Source: Pseudomonadota bacterium
GTDB lineage: Bacteria > Pseudomonadota > Gammaproteobacteria > SURF-13
Assembly (NCBI GenBank): GCA_027624315.1
Contig: JAQBXX010000003.1
Span: forward strand, 11,800-75,799
Length of the DNA: 64,000 nucleotides
Direction of reading: 5' to 3'
Positions 19,529 through 29,166 of this stretch are shown here, piece by piece; within the stretch, counting starts at the first letter, position 1; each line of letters opens with the position of its first letter. The notes beneath the pieces were generated by a model. That model made no database searches. It saw only the letters and a program-made list of their open reading frames with translations, and was not told the DNA's origin. Made by a program: the position numbers and the translations under genes.

Positions 19529-19584
19529 TACTCTACGCTTATAAGCTTAACAAACTATAACAAGAAATCGTGCCAATACACTAA

Positions 19585-20622
19585 TTATGCAGGCTGGGAT
19601 GAAACCGCGGCAGTGTCCACCGCCCAGCCGATCAGGGCATCCTCCAGCAGGGATTGAGCATTTACCTGGGTCGACAGCAGCCGTAGCGCATCCTGCGTCC
19701 GCTCCAGATGGCGGTATAGCACGCTCAACTCAGTCCGTTGGGAAATGCGCTGGAGCTGGACATCCAGATCGCAATTTTTAAGGCGCGGGTGATGCGAGGC
19801 TGATTTCAAGCGAATCATGTCTGCGATAAATCCGAACAGCCACTCGACACAATCCGTGGCGCCCCACTCCACCCACGCCGCTGCGCGGCTGACCGGATCG
19901 GCCAGCCCGCGTTGCAGGCCGTCCAGGTCTTCGAGCATGGCGGCGCGATGTAACGGCATGCCGTTGTGCGCGAGCGTGATTGCCTTGAGCGGTGCACCAT
20001 CGGCAAGCGCGAGGAGTTGCGCCGCATCGTGCGTAATGCCTAGACGTTCACTCAACCACGGCAGCGCGAGATCAGCCGGCGGTAGTGTGAAATTCATCCG
20101 CTGACACCGGCTGCGTACTGTGGCCGGCAGCGCGGCGGGGCGGCTCGTGATCAGCATCAACAACGTATGTGCCGACGGCTCTTCAAGTGTTTTGAGCAGG
20201 GCGTTGGCAGCGGAGGCATTCATGCGGTCGGCGGGCCACAGAGCGGCGATTTTATATCCCTCGCCGTGACTCTTGAAGGCGAGAGACGCGTTCAGTTCAC
20301 GTATCTGGTCAATGAGGATGGACTTGCCCTCCTCCACGGGCGTGATCTTCTGGTAGTCGGGATGCGTGCCCGCCCGAAATAGCAGGCAGGGGCGGCAAGC
20401 CCGGCACGCCTGACCATCGGGGGCAGGCTGCGCGCACAACAGCGCCTGCGCGAAAGCGGCGGCAAAGTGCTGCTTGCCCACTCCGCGCATGCCGCATAAC
20501 AAAAGTGCGTGCGGTAGCCGCCCGCTTGCGCGCCACGCAAGCATCTCCTGCCAGCGCGCGTGCTGCCAGGGCAGGATTTGCGCAGCATTGCCGGGGGTTA
20601 CGCCGGAGATTGCATCAGTCAC
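19585..20622 (-). CDS. holB: DNA polymerase III subunit delta'
   Basis: AAA+ clamp-loader motifs (HALLLCGMRGVGK, LKTLEEP); likely GTG start at 20622 overlapping tmk stop (GTGACTGA); longer track ORF starts at 20688. Confidence 0.85.
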   Translation of the reverse strand: MTDAISGVTPGNAAQILPWQHARWQEMLAWRASGRLPHALLLCGMRGVGKQHFAAAFAQALLCAQPAPDGQACRACRPCLLFRAGTHPDYQKITPVEEGKSILIDQIRELNASLAFKSHGEGYKIAALWPADRMNASAANALLKTLEEPSAHTLLMLITSRPAALPATVRSRCQRMNFTLPPADLALPWLSERLGITHDAAQLLALADGAPLKAITLAHNGMPLHRAAMLEDLDGLQRGLADPVSRAAAWVEWGATDCVEWLFGFIADMIRLKSASHHPRLKNCDLDVQLQRISQRTELSVLYRHLERTQDALRLLSTQVNAQSLLEDALIGWAVDTAAVSSQPA

Positions 20623-21241
20623 GCGTGATCTCGTCGAGCGCCTGACCGATCTGCGCCTGCACGGTGGACAACTCCTGCGCGGCATCAATCACGCGGTAGC
20701 GCCCGGGGTGTAGCGCGGCCTGCCGCAAATAGTTGTCACGCACACGCTCGAAAAATGCGAGTTGTTCGCTCTCGAAGCGGTCATGCGTTGTGCTGCGCCG
20801 CCCGGCACGCTCCAGTCCGAGCGCCGGGGGCAGATCAAGCAACAACGTGAGGTCAGGCCGCAGTGGGCCTTGCAGCCACTCTTCGAGTTGCGCGATGCGC
20901 TGTTGCGCGATGCCGCGCCCGCCGCCCTGGTAGGCGTAAGTCGCTTCAGTGAAGCGGTCGCACAGTACCCACTGGCCTGCGGCGAGTGCGGGGTTGATCA
21001 CGCGCGCGAGGTGTTCAGCGCGCGCGGCAAACATCAACAACAGTTCAGTATCCACGGCCATACCGTCATTGCGATGACTGAGCAACACGTCACGGATTTG
21101 CTCGCCGAGTAGCGTGCCGCCGGGTTCGCGCGTCACCACGATGTTCTTTTTTGCATTCAGCAGATGTTGCTTGATGAAGGCGATATTGGTGCTTTTGCCC
21201 GCGCCCTCAATACCCTCCATGGTGATGAAACGTGCCGTCAT
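20615..21241 (-). CDS. tmk: Thymidylate kinase
   Basis: 208 aa; FITMEGIEGAGKST P-loop, DRF motif. Confidence 0.93.
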   Translation of the reverse strand: MTARFITMEGIEGAGKSTNIAFIKQHLLNAKKNIVVTREPGGTLLGEQIRDVLLSHRNDGMAVDTELLLMFAARAEHLARVINPALAAGQWVLCDRFTEATYAYQGGGRGIAQQRIAQLEEWLQGPLRPDLTLLLDLPPALGLERAGRRSTTHDRFESEQLAFFERVRDNYLRQAALHPGRYRVIDAAQELSTVQAQIGQALDEITRD

Positions 21242-22278
21242 TATTGTGCTGCCTCCGTCGCAGGGTAATTACCGCCGAGTTGATGTTTGACCACGGCGCG
21301 ATTGTGCTGCTCCAGCGTCGCGGAAAACACGTGGCCGCCGTCGCCGCGCGCGACAAAGTACAGCGCGTCACCGGGCGCCGGATGCAGCACGGCATGAATG
21401 GCGTCTGCGCCGGGCATGGCGATGGGGGTGGGCGGCAGTCCGGTGTGCATGTAGGTATTGTAAGGTGTATCGGACTCAAGATCACGGCGGCGCAGGTTGC
21501 CGTCAAACGACGGCCCCATACCGTAGATTACCGTCGGGTCGGTTTGCAACGGCATGCCTATCCGCAAGCGCCGCACAAACACGCCCGCAATCAGCGGCCG
21601 CTCACTCGCAAGCCCGGTTTCTTTTTCTACGATGGAGGCGAGTGTCAACGCTTCATCGGGCGTGCGTAGCGGCAACCCCGTGCTGCGATTCTGCCACTCC
21701 TGCTGTAGGCGCTGATCCATGGCGCGGTAGGCGCGCTGCAGGAATGCAACGTCGGTAGTGCCCTTGGGGAAATGATAGGTGTCGGGATAAAAACGCCCTT
21801 CCGGATGCTGCCCCGCAAAACCCAGCTTCACCATGATCTCGCGATCGTCTAGGGCGGACAGCGTGTGGCTCAATTTTTCATGCCGCTCTATCGCATCCAT
21901 CAACTGACGGAAGCTCCAGCCTTCTACCAGCGTGAGCGCATACTCGATTACCTTGTCGCTGGCTAACTGATCCAGCAGTTGTGACGGTGTGGTGCCGGGC
22001 GCCAGTGTGTACTCGCCTGCGCGGACGTTACGGCCCTTGTTCTGTAGATACGAAAGCCAGACGAGGTATGAGGCGTGAGACAAGACGCCACGTTGCTGCA
22101 AATCGTGTGCGATCTTTTTCAGCGTCATGCCGGGAGCGACCTCATAGCTCATGTCGCTGCCCCCTGTATTGAGAGGTGTCGTGGTGAAACGGTAATATTC
22201 CACGCTGGCCCATAACGCTGAAAAAAGCAGAATGGCGAACAACGCCGCACCGGGTGATTTCAACAGGTAGCTTAGCAT
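21241..22278 (-). CDS. mltG: Endolytic murein transglycosylase MltG (YceG)
   Basis: 345 aa, N-terminal TM, YceG-like domain; synteny pabC-mltG-tmk. Confidence 0.88.
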   Translation of the reverse strand: MLSYLLKSPGAALFAILLFSALWASVEYYRFTTTPLNTGGSDMSYEVAPGMTLKKIAHDLQQRGVLSHASYLVWLSYLQNKGRNVRAGEYTLAPGTTPSQLLDQLASDKVIEYALTLVEGWSFRQLMDAIERHEKLSHTLSALDDREIMVKLGFAGQHPEGRFYPDTYHFPKGTTDVAFLQRAYRAMDQRLQQEWQNRSTGLPLRTPDEALTLASIVEKETGLASERPLIAGVFVRRLRIGMPLQTDPTVIYGMGPSFDGNLRRRDLESDTPYNTYMHTGLPPTPIAMPGADAIHAVLHPAPGDALYFVARGDGGHVFSATLEQHNRAVVKHQLGGNYPATEAAQ

Positions 22279-23087
22279 GGGATCATAAGGTCATCGACGT
22301 AAACTGCGATGCGACGCGTGAGCAGCCCAGGTGAAAGTTGAACGCCGTCGAGTTCACGCACCGGCCATACGCCGATCACACTATTGCATAAAAATACTTC
22401 ATCCGCATTCTGCATATCGCTTAATGTGAGGTCAGTGACCGCGCACTCCACTCCAGGCTGCTCCATTATCAGGCCGCGCACTATGCCCGCAATGCCGCAG
22501 CGCGATACGTCCGGTGTATATAATTTTCCGTCACGCACCACAAACACATTGCTCATCGTGCCCTCGATGACGCAATCCGCGGCATCCAGCATCAAACCCT
22601 CGGGAATATCGGCGTCGCTCCACTCATTGCGTGCGAGCACCTGTTCGAGGCGATTCAGGTGCTTGATGCCGGCCAGCACGGGATTGAGGCCGAGACGCGT
22701 GGCACAGACGCGCACGCGCACGCCATGTTGCGCAAAATCTTCGGGCCACGAGGCCCACGGGTACAGCGCCAGTATACGGGTTGCGGGCACGGGCGTGGTC
22801 ATGCGATAGCCGCGCGCGCCTGCTCCGCGCGTGATGATGATCTTGAGCACGGCTTGCGCTGCGCTGCTTGAAGTACAGACCTGACGTGCCTCGGCTTCGA
22901 GCATAGCCGTGTCGGGTGGCGTGATGCCAAGGCGCGCACAGCCCGTGGACAAGCGCTGCATGTGCCTGTCCCACAACAACGGCACGCCTGCGCGTACCGC
23001 CAGCGTCTCAAACACGCCGTCGCCGTAATGCAGGCCGCGATCCTGCGCGCTGATCTGTGTTCCCGCTGCGCCGTTGATGAGTATCAT
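22272..23087 (-). CDS. pabC: Aminodeoxychorismate lyase (class IV aminotransferase fold)
   Basis: Real start MILINGAAG... at 23087 (ATGA overlap with pabB stop); track ORF has spurious 138-aa Arg-rich extension. Confidence 0.85.
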   Translation of the reverse strand: MILINGAAGTQISAQDRGLHYGDGVFETLAVRAGVPLLWDRHMQRLSTGCARLGITPPDTAMLEAEARQVCTSSSAAQAVLKIIITRGAGARGYRMTTPVPATRILALYPWASWPEDFAQHGVRVRVCATRLGLNPVLAGIKHLNRLEQVLARNEWSDADIPEGLMLDAADCVIEGTMSNVFVVRDGKLYTPDVSRCGIAGIVRGLIMEQPGVECAVTDLTLSDMQNADEVFLCNSVIGVWPVRELDGVQLSPGLLTRRIAVYVDDLMIPC

Positions 23088-24445
23088 GGCGCGCTGCCCA
23101 GCGCCCCCAGCAGGCCGCGCGCCTTGGCGCGCGTTTCTTCCAGTTCGCGTTGCGGATTGGAATCGGCGACGATACCGGCGCCGGCGCGCAGGCTGATGTC
23201 GTCGCCCTCTTTCACCAGGGTGCGTATCAATATATTGAAATCCATGTCGCCATCGTGGTTGAGATACCCCATGGCACCGGTGTACGCGCCGCGCGGTTCG
23301 CGCTCCAGCTCGGCGATGATCTCCATGCAGCGCACCTTGGGGCAGCCGGTGATGGTGCCACCGGGAAACACCGCGCGCAACACCTCGCCCGGCGTGGTGC
23401 CCGGGCGCAGTTCGCCATGCACGCCGGAGACGATATGATGCACGTGCGCGTAGCTTTCGACGCTCATCAAGTCGTCCACGCGCACGCTGCCGGGCACGCA
23501 CATGCGCCCCAGATCATTGCGTTCGAGATCAATCAGCATGACGTGCTCGGCACGCTCTTTCGGGTGCGCGAGCAATGCCGCGGCATCGGGCCCGTCGTTG
23601 CTGTGGTTTTCGCGCCGTGGCCGCGTACCGGCGATAGGACGGGTTGCGACCACGCCGCCGCGCACCAGCACCAGGCGTTCCGGTGACGAGCTGATGATGG
23701 CGCTCGCTCCATGGCACGCAAGACCGGCGAAGGGTGCCGGATTATGTTCGCGCAGGCGCCGGTAAATCTGGGCGGCGTCGATGGGCGCCCGAAAGCGGCC
23801 GCGCCATAGCCGCGACAGATTCACCTGAAACACGTCGCCCTCGCGGATATAGCGCAGAATGCGTTCAACACCGTCGAGAAACTCCCGCGGCGCATCTTCC
23901 TGCAACGTGATGCCGGGCCAGGTCACCTGCGCCGCACTCGCGTCTTTTTCAAGGGTGGCGATATCCTCGCGCATGCGCACAAGCAAATCCTCGCTGCCCG
24001 GCTCGGCGATCAGGTGCATGCCTTGGGTGGTGTGATCGCGGACGATCGCGGCCGGGATGCGTGTGGCAAACGCTACCGGTAATCCGGATCGTATCTCAGG
24101 CAAACACAGGCTTGGCTCGATCTGCGCGGCGAGTTCGTAGCCGAGATAGACAAACCAGCCGCCGCGGAATGGCAGCGCCGCTGCGGCGGCGGCGCGGGGT
24201 TGCTGCTCGGCTGACCACCAGCGGTCCAGTTGCGCGAGGAAATCCGTGCCCTCTACAGCCGGGCCGCGCAGCGTGGTGAGATCGGCAAGCTCCAGCGTGG
24301 CGCCAGGGAAGGCGAACAGGATGTCATAACGCGCCGCCGCTGTGCCGTGCACCACGCTTTCCAGCAAATACGGATAGCGCGCGGGGTTGAGGGCGTGCAG
24401 CGCCAGCAGGTCGCAATCGCTGTCCGGTGCGCAGTGATCGGCCAT
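23084..24445 (-). CDS. pabB: Aminodeoxychorismate synthase component I
   Basis: 453 aa; chorismate-binding enzyme motifs (IAGTRPRR, LIDLERNDLGR, PGGTITGCPKVRCMEII, GAYTGAMGY); coupled to pabC. Confidence 0.88.
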   Translation of the reverse strand: MADHCAPDSDCDLLALHALNPARYPYLLESVVHGTAAARYDILFAFPGATLELADLTTLRGPAVEGTDFLAQLDRWWSAEQQPRAAAAAALPFRGGWFVYLGYELAAQIEPSLCLPEIRSGLPVAFATRIPAAIVRDHTTQGMHLIAEPGSEDLLVRMREDIATLEKDASAAQVTWPGITLQEDAPREFLDGVERILRYIREGDVFQVNLSRLWRGRFRAPIDAAQIYRRLREHNPAPFAGLACHGASAIISSSPERLVLVRGGVVATRPIAGTRPRRENHSNDGPDAAALLAHPKERAEHVMLIDLERNDLGRMCVPGSVRVDDLMSVESYAHVHHIVSGVHGELRPGTTPGEVLRAVFPGGTITGCPKVRCMEIIAELEREPRGAYTGAMGYLNHDGDMDFNILIRTLVKEGDDISLRAGAGIVADSNPQRELEETRAKARGLLGALGSAP

Positions 24446-24447
24446 CG

Positions 24448-24557
24448 TTACTCAGGAGACACAAAGTATGGATACACGCTGCCCAAGTGTCTCCTGAGTA
24501 AAAACAGTATTAACCCTACCCCCACCCTGTCCCGCCCCCTAAACAGGGGGCGGGGAC
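24448..24557 (+). repeat. Double-hairpin intergenic repeat element, family 1, copy A
   Basis: 15-bp perfect stem ttactcaggagacac/gtgtctcctgagtaa (loop 24 nt) followed by GC-rich hairpin gtcccgccccct/agggggcggggac; near-identical inverted copy at 30676-30786. Confidence 0.85.
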
Positions 24558-24614
24558 GTGTCGGAGAGTGCATCCTTGATAATAAACTCATGCGTAACCA
24601 GCCGCTGACGGAGT

Positions 24615-25868
24615 TCAGCGCAGCCGGTTGAACACCAGCGTGCAGTTGGTGCCGCCGAAGCCGAATGAGTTCGACAGCACCGCGTCGATCTTCATCTGCC
24701 GCGCGCTGTGCGGCACGTAATCCAGATCGCACTCCGGATCGGGCGTGAGCAGGTTGATCGTCGGAGGCGCCACCTGGTCGCGCAGCGCGAGCACGCTGAA
24801 CACCGCCTCGATGCCGCCCGCCGCGCCGAGCAGATGGCCGGTCATGGACTTGGTGGAGCTGACCGCCATCTTGCAGGCATGCGCGCCAAAGGCGCTTTTG
24901 ATGGCAAGCGTCTCGGCCTTGTCGCCCGCCGGCGTGGAGGTGCCGTGCGCATTGATGTAGTCAATCGACTCCGGCGCGAGGTGTGCGTTGCGCAGCGCGT
25001 GCTGCATGCAGCGCTTGGCGCCCTCGCCGCCTTCCGCGGGCAGCGTCATGTGGTAGCCGTCGCCGCTCATGCCGTAGCCGGTGAGTTCGGCGTAAATCTT
25101 TGCGCTGCGGCGTTTGGCATGTTCGTACTCTTCCAGCACCAGCACGCCGGCGCCGTCGCCCAGCACGAAACCGTCGCGCTCCTTGTCCCACGGGCGGCTC
25201 GCGCTGGCGGGGTCGTCGTTGCGCGTGGACAGCGCGCGCGCGGCACAGAAGCCGCCGAGGCCGGTAGGTGAAGTCGCCATCTCGGCGCCGCCTGCGACCA
25301 TGACGTCGGCGTCGCCGTACTCGATGATGCGCCCCGCCTCGCCGATGTTGTGTGAGCCGGTGGAGCAGGCGGTGACGATGGCGATGTTCGGCCCCTTCAT
25401 GCCGTATAGGATGGAGACGTGGCCGGAGATCATGTTGATGATATTGCTCGGCACGAAGAACGGCGAAATCTTGCGCGGCCCGCCTTCGAGATAGGCGCTG
25501 TGGCCCTTCTCGATGCCGGGCAGCCCGCCGATGCCGGAGCCGATGGCGACACCGATGCGGTCGGCGTTTTCGTCGGTGACGACCAGACCCGCGTCTTCAA
25601 CCGCCTCCTTTGCCGCCGCGATGCCGTAATGGATGAACGGATCCATTTTTTTGACATCCTTGGCGGGCATGTAGTGCGCAGGATCAAAGTTCTTCACGCT
25701 GCCGCCAAAACGGGTCGCAAAGGCCGCAACATCGAAATGGGTAATCGGGCCGATGCCGCTCCTGCCGGCCAGGATATTGGCCCAGGATTCCTGTACGGTG
25801 AGGCCGACCGGCGATATCATGCCGAGCCCCGTGACCACCACGCGACGTTTACTCACGCTTGACCTCAA
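24615..25868 (-). CDS. fabF: 3-oxoacyl-ACP synthase II
   Basis: 417 aa; KAS II active-site regions; fab cluster synteny. Confidence 0.95.
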   Translation of the reverse strand: MRSSVSKRRVVVTGLGMISPVGLTVQESWANILAGRSGIGPITHFDVAAFATRFGGSVKNFDPAHYMPAKDVKKMDPFIHYGIAAAKEAVEDAGLVVTDENADRIGVAIGSGIGGLPGIEKGHSAYLEGGPRKISPFFVPSNIINMISGHVSILYGMKGPNIAIVTACSTGSHNIGEAGRIIEYGDADVMVAGGAEMATSPTGLGGFCAARALSTRNDDPASASRPWDKERDGFVLGDGAGVLVLEEYEHAKRRSAKIYAELTGYGMSGDGYHMTLPAEGGEGAKRCMQHALRNAHLAPESIDYINAHGTSTPAGDKAETLAIKSAFGAHACKMAVSSTKSMTGHLLGAAGGIEAVFSVLALRDQVAPPTINLLTPDPECDLDYVPHSARQMKIDAVLSNSFGFGGTNCTLVFNRLR

Positions 25869-25940
25869 CCATGTGTGTCAAAGATATAAAAACAAAGGCC
25901 GCCCATAAGCATGGAGCGGCCTCATAGCTGGACGGGCGTC

Positions 25941-26183
25941 CTAGGCAACAGCGGATTGGGATTTGATGTAATCAACGGCCTGCTGGACGGTAGTGATCTT
26001 TTCTGCGGACTCATCCGGTATCTCGCATTCGAATTCTTCTTCGAGTGCCATCACCAGCTCCACGGTGTCGAGGGAATCAGCGCCAAGATCATCGACAAAG
26101 GCAGACTCGTTGCTCACCTCTTCTTCCTTGACCCCCAACTGCTCAATTACGATTTTCTTGACGCGTTCTTCGACGGTGCTCAT
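25941..26183 (-). CDS. acpP: Acyl carrier protein
   Basis: 80 aa; [20 protein letters not shown] phosphopantetheine site. Confidence 0.97.
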   Translation of the reverse strand: MSTVEERVKKIVIEQLGVKEEEVSNESAFVDDLGADSLDTVELVMALEEEFECEIPDESAEKITTVQQAVDYIKSQSAVA

Positions 26184-26317
26184 GACGGATACATCCTCCC
26201 AACATTGATGAAATTGCTTGAACGGCTGGCGCTATTTTATTGGAAACCGGGTGATTAGGCCACAATCACCGCCAACGTAATGAAACTAAAAGAAAAAGAA
26301 TCCCGGGCGGCGGGCCT

Positions 26318-27061
26318 TCACGCCATATACATGCCGCCGTTCACGTGCAGCGTCTCGCCGGTGATGTAACCCGCCGGCGGCGAGGCCAGGAAGGCCACCA
26401 CGGCGGCGATCTCCTCCACGCTGCCCAGGCGCTTGAGCGGTATCTGCTGTAACAGCGCGGTGCGTTGATCCTCCGGCAGTGCACGCGTCATGTCAGTGTC
26501 GATAAACCCCGGGGCGACCGCGTTCACGGTGATGCCGCGCGACCCCACCTCGCGCGCCAGCGCCTTGGTAAAGCCGAGGATACCGGCCTTGGCAGCGGCA
26601 TAATTGGTCTGCCCCGCATTACCGGCGGCGCCCACCACCGACGAGATGCTGATGATGCGCCCACGCCGCGCCTTCATCATCGCGGGGAGGCACGCCTTGG
26701 ACAGACGATACACCGAGTTCAGGTTGGTGGCGATGATCTCCTCCCAATCGCTGTCCTGCATGCGCATGAGCAGGCCGTCACGGGTGATACCTGCGTTGTT
26801 GACCAGGATGGAGGGTGCGCCGAAGGCCGGCTCTACCGCGGCGAGCAGCGCCGCTACCGACGCCGGATCGGTCACGTTGAGTATGCATCCTGTACCTTTA
26901 ATTTCTTTATTTTTCAATATATTGCTTATTGAATCTGCACCACTTTGTGAAGTTGCGGTGCCAATGACCACCGCCCCCTGCCGCCCCAATTCAAGGGCAA
27001 TGGCCTGGCCGATACCGCGGCTTGCGCCGGTCACCAGGGCGACTTCGTTACTTAAACTCAT
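26318..27061 (-). CDS. fabG: 3-oxoacyl-ACP reductase
   Basis: 247 aa SDR; TGASRGIG, YAAAKAG motifs. Confidence 0.95.
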   Translation of the reverse strand: MSLSNEVALVTGASRGIGQAIALELGRQGAVVIGTATSQSGADSISNILKNKEIKGTGCILNVTDPASVAALLAAVEPAFGAPSILVNNAGITRDGLLMRMQDSDWEEIIATNLNSVYRLSKACLPAMMKARRGRIISISSVVGAAGNAGQTNYAAAKAGILGFTKALAREVGSRGITVNAVAPGFIDTDMTRALPEDQRTALLQQIPLKRLGSVEEIAAVVAFLASPPAGYITGETLHVNGGMYMA

Positions 27062-28008
27062 GCGGGTTCTCCTTCTTGTGTCACGGCGGCAAGTGCTGCG
27101 GCTAGTGTCGCCGGATCATACAGCGGCAGCGTCTTCATCTCCGGCGCGATGCGCTTGTTCAGGCCCGCGAGCACCTTGCCCGGCCCGCATTCGACCAGCA
27201 CGTCCACGCCTTTCTGCGCCAGCGCCTGAATCACCTCGACCCAACGCACGGGCTGGTACAACTGGCGCGTGAGTCCGTCGCGGATGGACGCAGCGTCTCT
27301 GTAGGCCGCGGCATCGACGTTATTTATTACAGGAATACGCGGCGTCTGAAGCGAAGTATTGCGCAGGCGCTCACCGAGGTGCTCCGCCGCAGGCCGCATC
27401 AATGCACAGTGCGATGGCACGCTCACCGGCAACAGCAGCGCGCGTTTGGCGCCCGCCTGTTTGGCGAGTTCCAGCGCACGCGCGACGGCGGCGCTCTCCC
27501 CCGCCACCACCACCTGCCCCGGTGAATTGAAATTGACCGCTTCGACCACCACCCCCTGCGCGGCCTCGGCGCACACGGCGCGCACCTTGGCGTCATCGAG
27601 GCCGAGGATCGCTGCCATGGCACCGCTGCCTTCCGCCACCGCCGCCTGCATGAATTCGCCGCGCCGGGCGACGAGATCGATGGCGCTGCCAAACTCCAGC
27701 GCCCCGGCGCAGACCAGCGCCGTGTACTCGCCCAGGCTGTGACCCGCCAGATATGCGGGCTGCGCTCCTCCGCGCGCCTGCCAGACGCGCCAGGCGGCGA
27801 CACCGGCGGCGAGCATCGCGGGCTGCGTTTTGCAGGTGAGATTCAAGTCCGTTTCCGGACCCTGTTGCACCAGCGCCCACAGGTCATAGCCCAGCACGCG
27901 CGAGGCCTCGGCGTACGTCGCCTCTATCTCTGCATGGCTCTGCGCCAGTTCCGCCAGCATGCCGATGGACTGCGAACCCTGGCCGGGGAAGACAAATGCG
28001 AGCGTCAT
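27058..28008 (-). CDS. fabD: Malonyl-CoA-ACP transacylase
   Basis: 316 aa; GHSLGEY active site. Confidence 0.95.
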   Translation of the reverse strand: MTLAFVFPGQGSQSIGMLAELAQSHAEIEATYAEASRVLGYDLWALVQQGPETDLNLTCKTQPAMLAAGVAAWRVWQARGGAQPAYLAGHSLGEYTALVCAGALEFGSAIDLVARRGEFMQAAVAEGSGAMAAILGLDDAKVRAVCAEAAQGVVVEAVNFNSPGQVVVAGESAAVARALELAKQAGAKRALLLPVSVPSHCALMRPAAEHLGERLRNTSLQTPRIPVINNVDAAAYRDAASIRDGLTRQLYQPVRWVEVIQALAQKGVDVLVECGPGKVLAGLNKRIAPEMKTLPLYDPATLAAALAAVTQEGEPA

Positions 28009-28020
28009 AGTGTTCAGGCA

Positions 28021-28209
28021 CCTCTAAAAATGCGTCTTTTGCTCCAATACTGCGTTGCAGCTTGTCTCCGCTGCTCACATACTGGCGTGTATGCTGTGCT
28101 GCACATGGATGTGCGAATGTCGCGGGCGCAGGACGCGCAGGAGCGACCGCTGCTCGACGGCGCTGCGCCTTGTCTTGAAGCAAAATCCATCATTTTTAGA
28201 AACGCCCGC
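28021..28209 (+). mobile_element. MITE-like repeat, family 2, copy 1 (~189 bp, terminal inverted repeats CTCTAAAAATG.../...CATCATTTTTAGA)
   Basis: ~95% identical to 41000-41186; termini are reverse complements of each other; fills entire fabH-fabD intergenic spacer; no coding capacity. Confidence 0.85.
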
Positions 28210-29166
28210 TTAATACTTCAGCAACGCCGAGCCCCAGGTGAACCCCGCACCGAACGCCTCCAGCAGCAAGGTGTCGCCGCGCTGAATGCGGCCGTCGCGC
28301 ACGGCGGTGTCGAGCGCAAGCGGCACCGACGCGGCAGAGGTGTTGCCGTGCTTGTCCACGGTGACCACCACGCGCTCCATCGGCATGCCAAGTTTTTTGG
28401 CGGTGGCGCTGATGATGCGGATGTTGGCCTGATGTGGAATGAGCCAGTCCACATCGGATTTCTGCAGCTGATTCGCCGCCAGCGTTTCATCCACAATGCG
28501 GTCCAGCGTGTTCACCGCCATCTTGAAGACTTCATTACCCTGCATGGTGACATAGGCACCGCTCGGAGCGTCGGCGATATCCTCGGTGGTCAGTAAATGA
28601 TGGTAGTGCCCGTCGGCGTGCAGGTGCGTGGAGAGGATGCCCGGCTCGCTGTCCGCCTGCACGATCACCGCACCCGCACCGTCGCCGAACAAGACGCAGG
28701 TGTTGCGGTCCTTCCAGTCCACAATGCGTGAAAAAATCTCGGCCCCGACCACCAGGGCGCACTGCGTTGAACCGCTGCGGATGAATTTGTCGGCAATGCC
28801 CAGCGCATAGACGAATCCGGTGCACGCCGCCTGCACGTCAAACGCCGCGCCGCCGCGGATGCCCAGACGCTGCTGTAACAGGCACGCGGTGCTGGGAAAG
28901 AGTTTGTCGGGCGTGGTGGTGGCGACGATGATGAGATCAATGTCCGCGGGCTGTATACTAGCCGCCGCTATGGCCTGGCGCGCGGCGTGCTCGGCGAGAT
29001 CGCAGGTGGTTTCCTCTGCGGCTGCAATGTGGCGCTCACGAATGCCGGTGCGTTCGACGATCCACGCATCCGAGGTCTCCACCATCTTTTCGAGATCGGC
29101 GTTGGTCAGTATCTTGTGCGGCAGATAACCGCCGGTGCCGCGAATGCGCGCGTAGGGATTGTTCAC
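28210..29166 (-). CDS. fabH: 3-oxoacyl-ACP synthase III
   Basis: 318 aa; KAS III motifs (CTGF..., HQAN). Confidence 0.95.
   Translation of the reverse strand: MNNPYARIRGTGGYLPHKILTNADLEKMVETSDAWIVERTGIRERHIAAAEETTCDLAEHAARQAIAAASIQPADIDLIIVATTTPDKLFPSTACLLQQRLGIRGGAAFDVQAACTGFVYALGIADKFIRSGSTQCALVVGAEIFSRIVDWKDRNTCVLFGDGAGAVIVQADSEPGILSTHLHADGHYHHLLTTEDIADAPSGAYVTMQGNEVFKMAVNTLDRIVDETLAANQLQKSDVDWLIPHQANIRIISATAKKLGMPMERVVVTVDKHGNTSAASVPLALDTAVRDGRIQRGDTLLLEAFGAGFTWGSALLKY

Noticed and set aside
22272-23501. 409-aa ORF with Arg-rich N-terminus upstream of pabC; similar long N-terminal extensions on holB, sppA, xerD, ccp, rimM, ycaR, nuoN
   Set aside because: The extensions overlap the upstream gene, lack homology, and an internal start gives a canonical N-terminus and ATGA/GTGA-type coupling; the track reports the longest ORF rather than the true start.
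27739-28596. Identical peptides (…RPLLDGAAPCLEAKSIIFRNA, MLQDKAQRRRAAVAPARP…) appearing at two loci, suggesting a duplicated small gene
   Set aside because: They are translations of the two MITE copies. The sequence sits between tightly packed operon genes with no SD of its own, and is better explained as a non-coding repeat.
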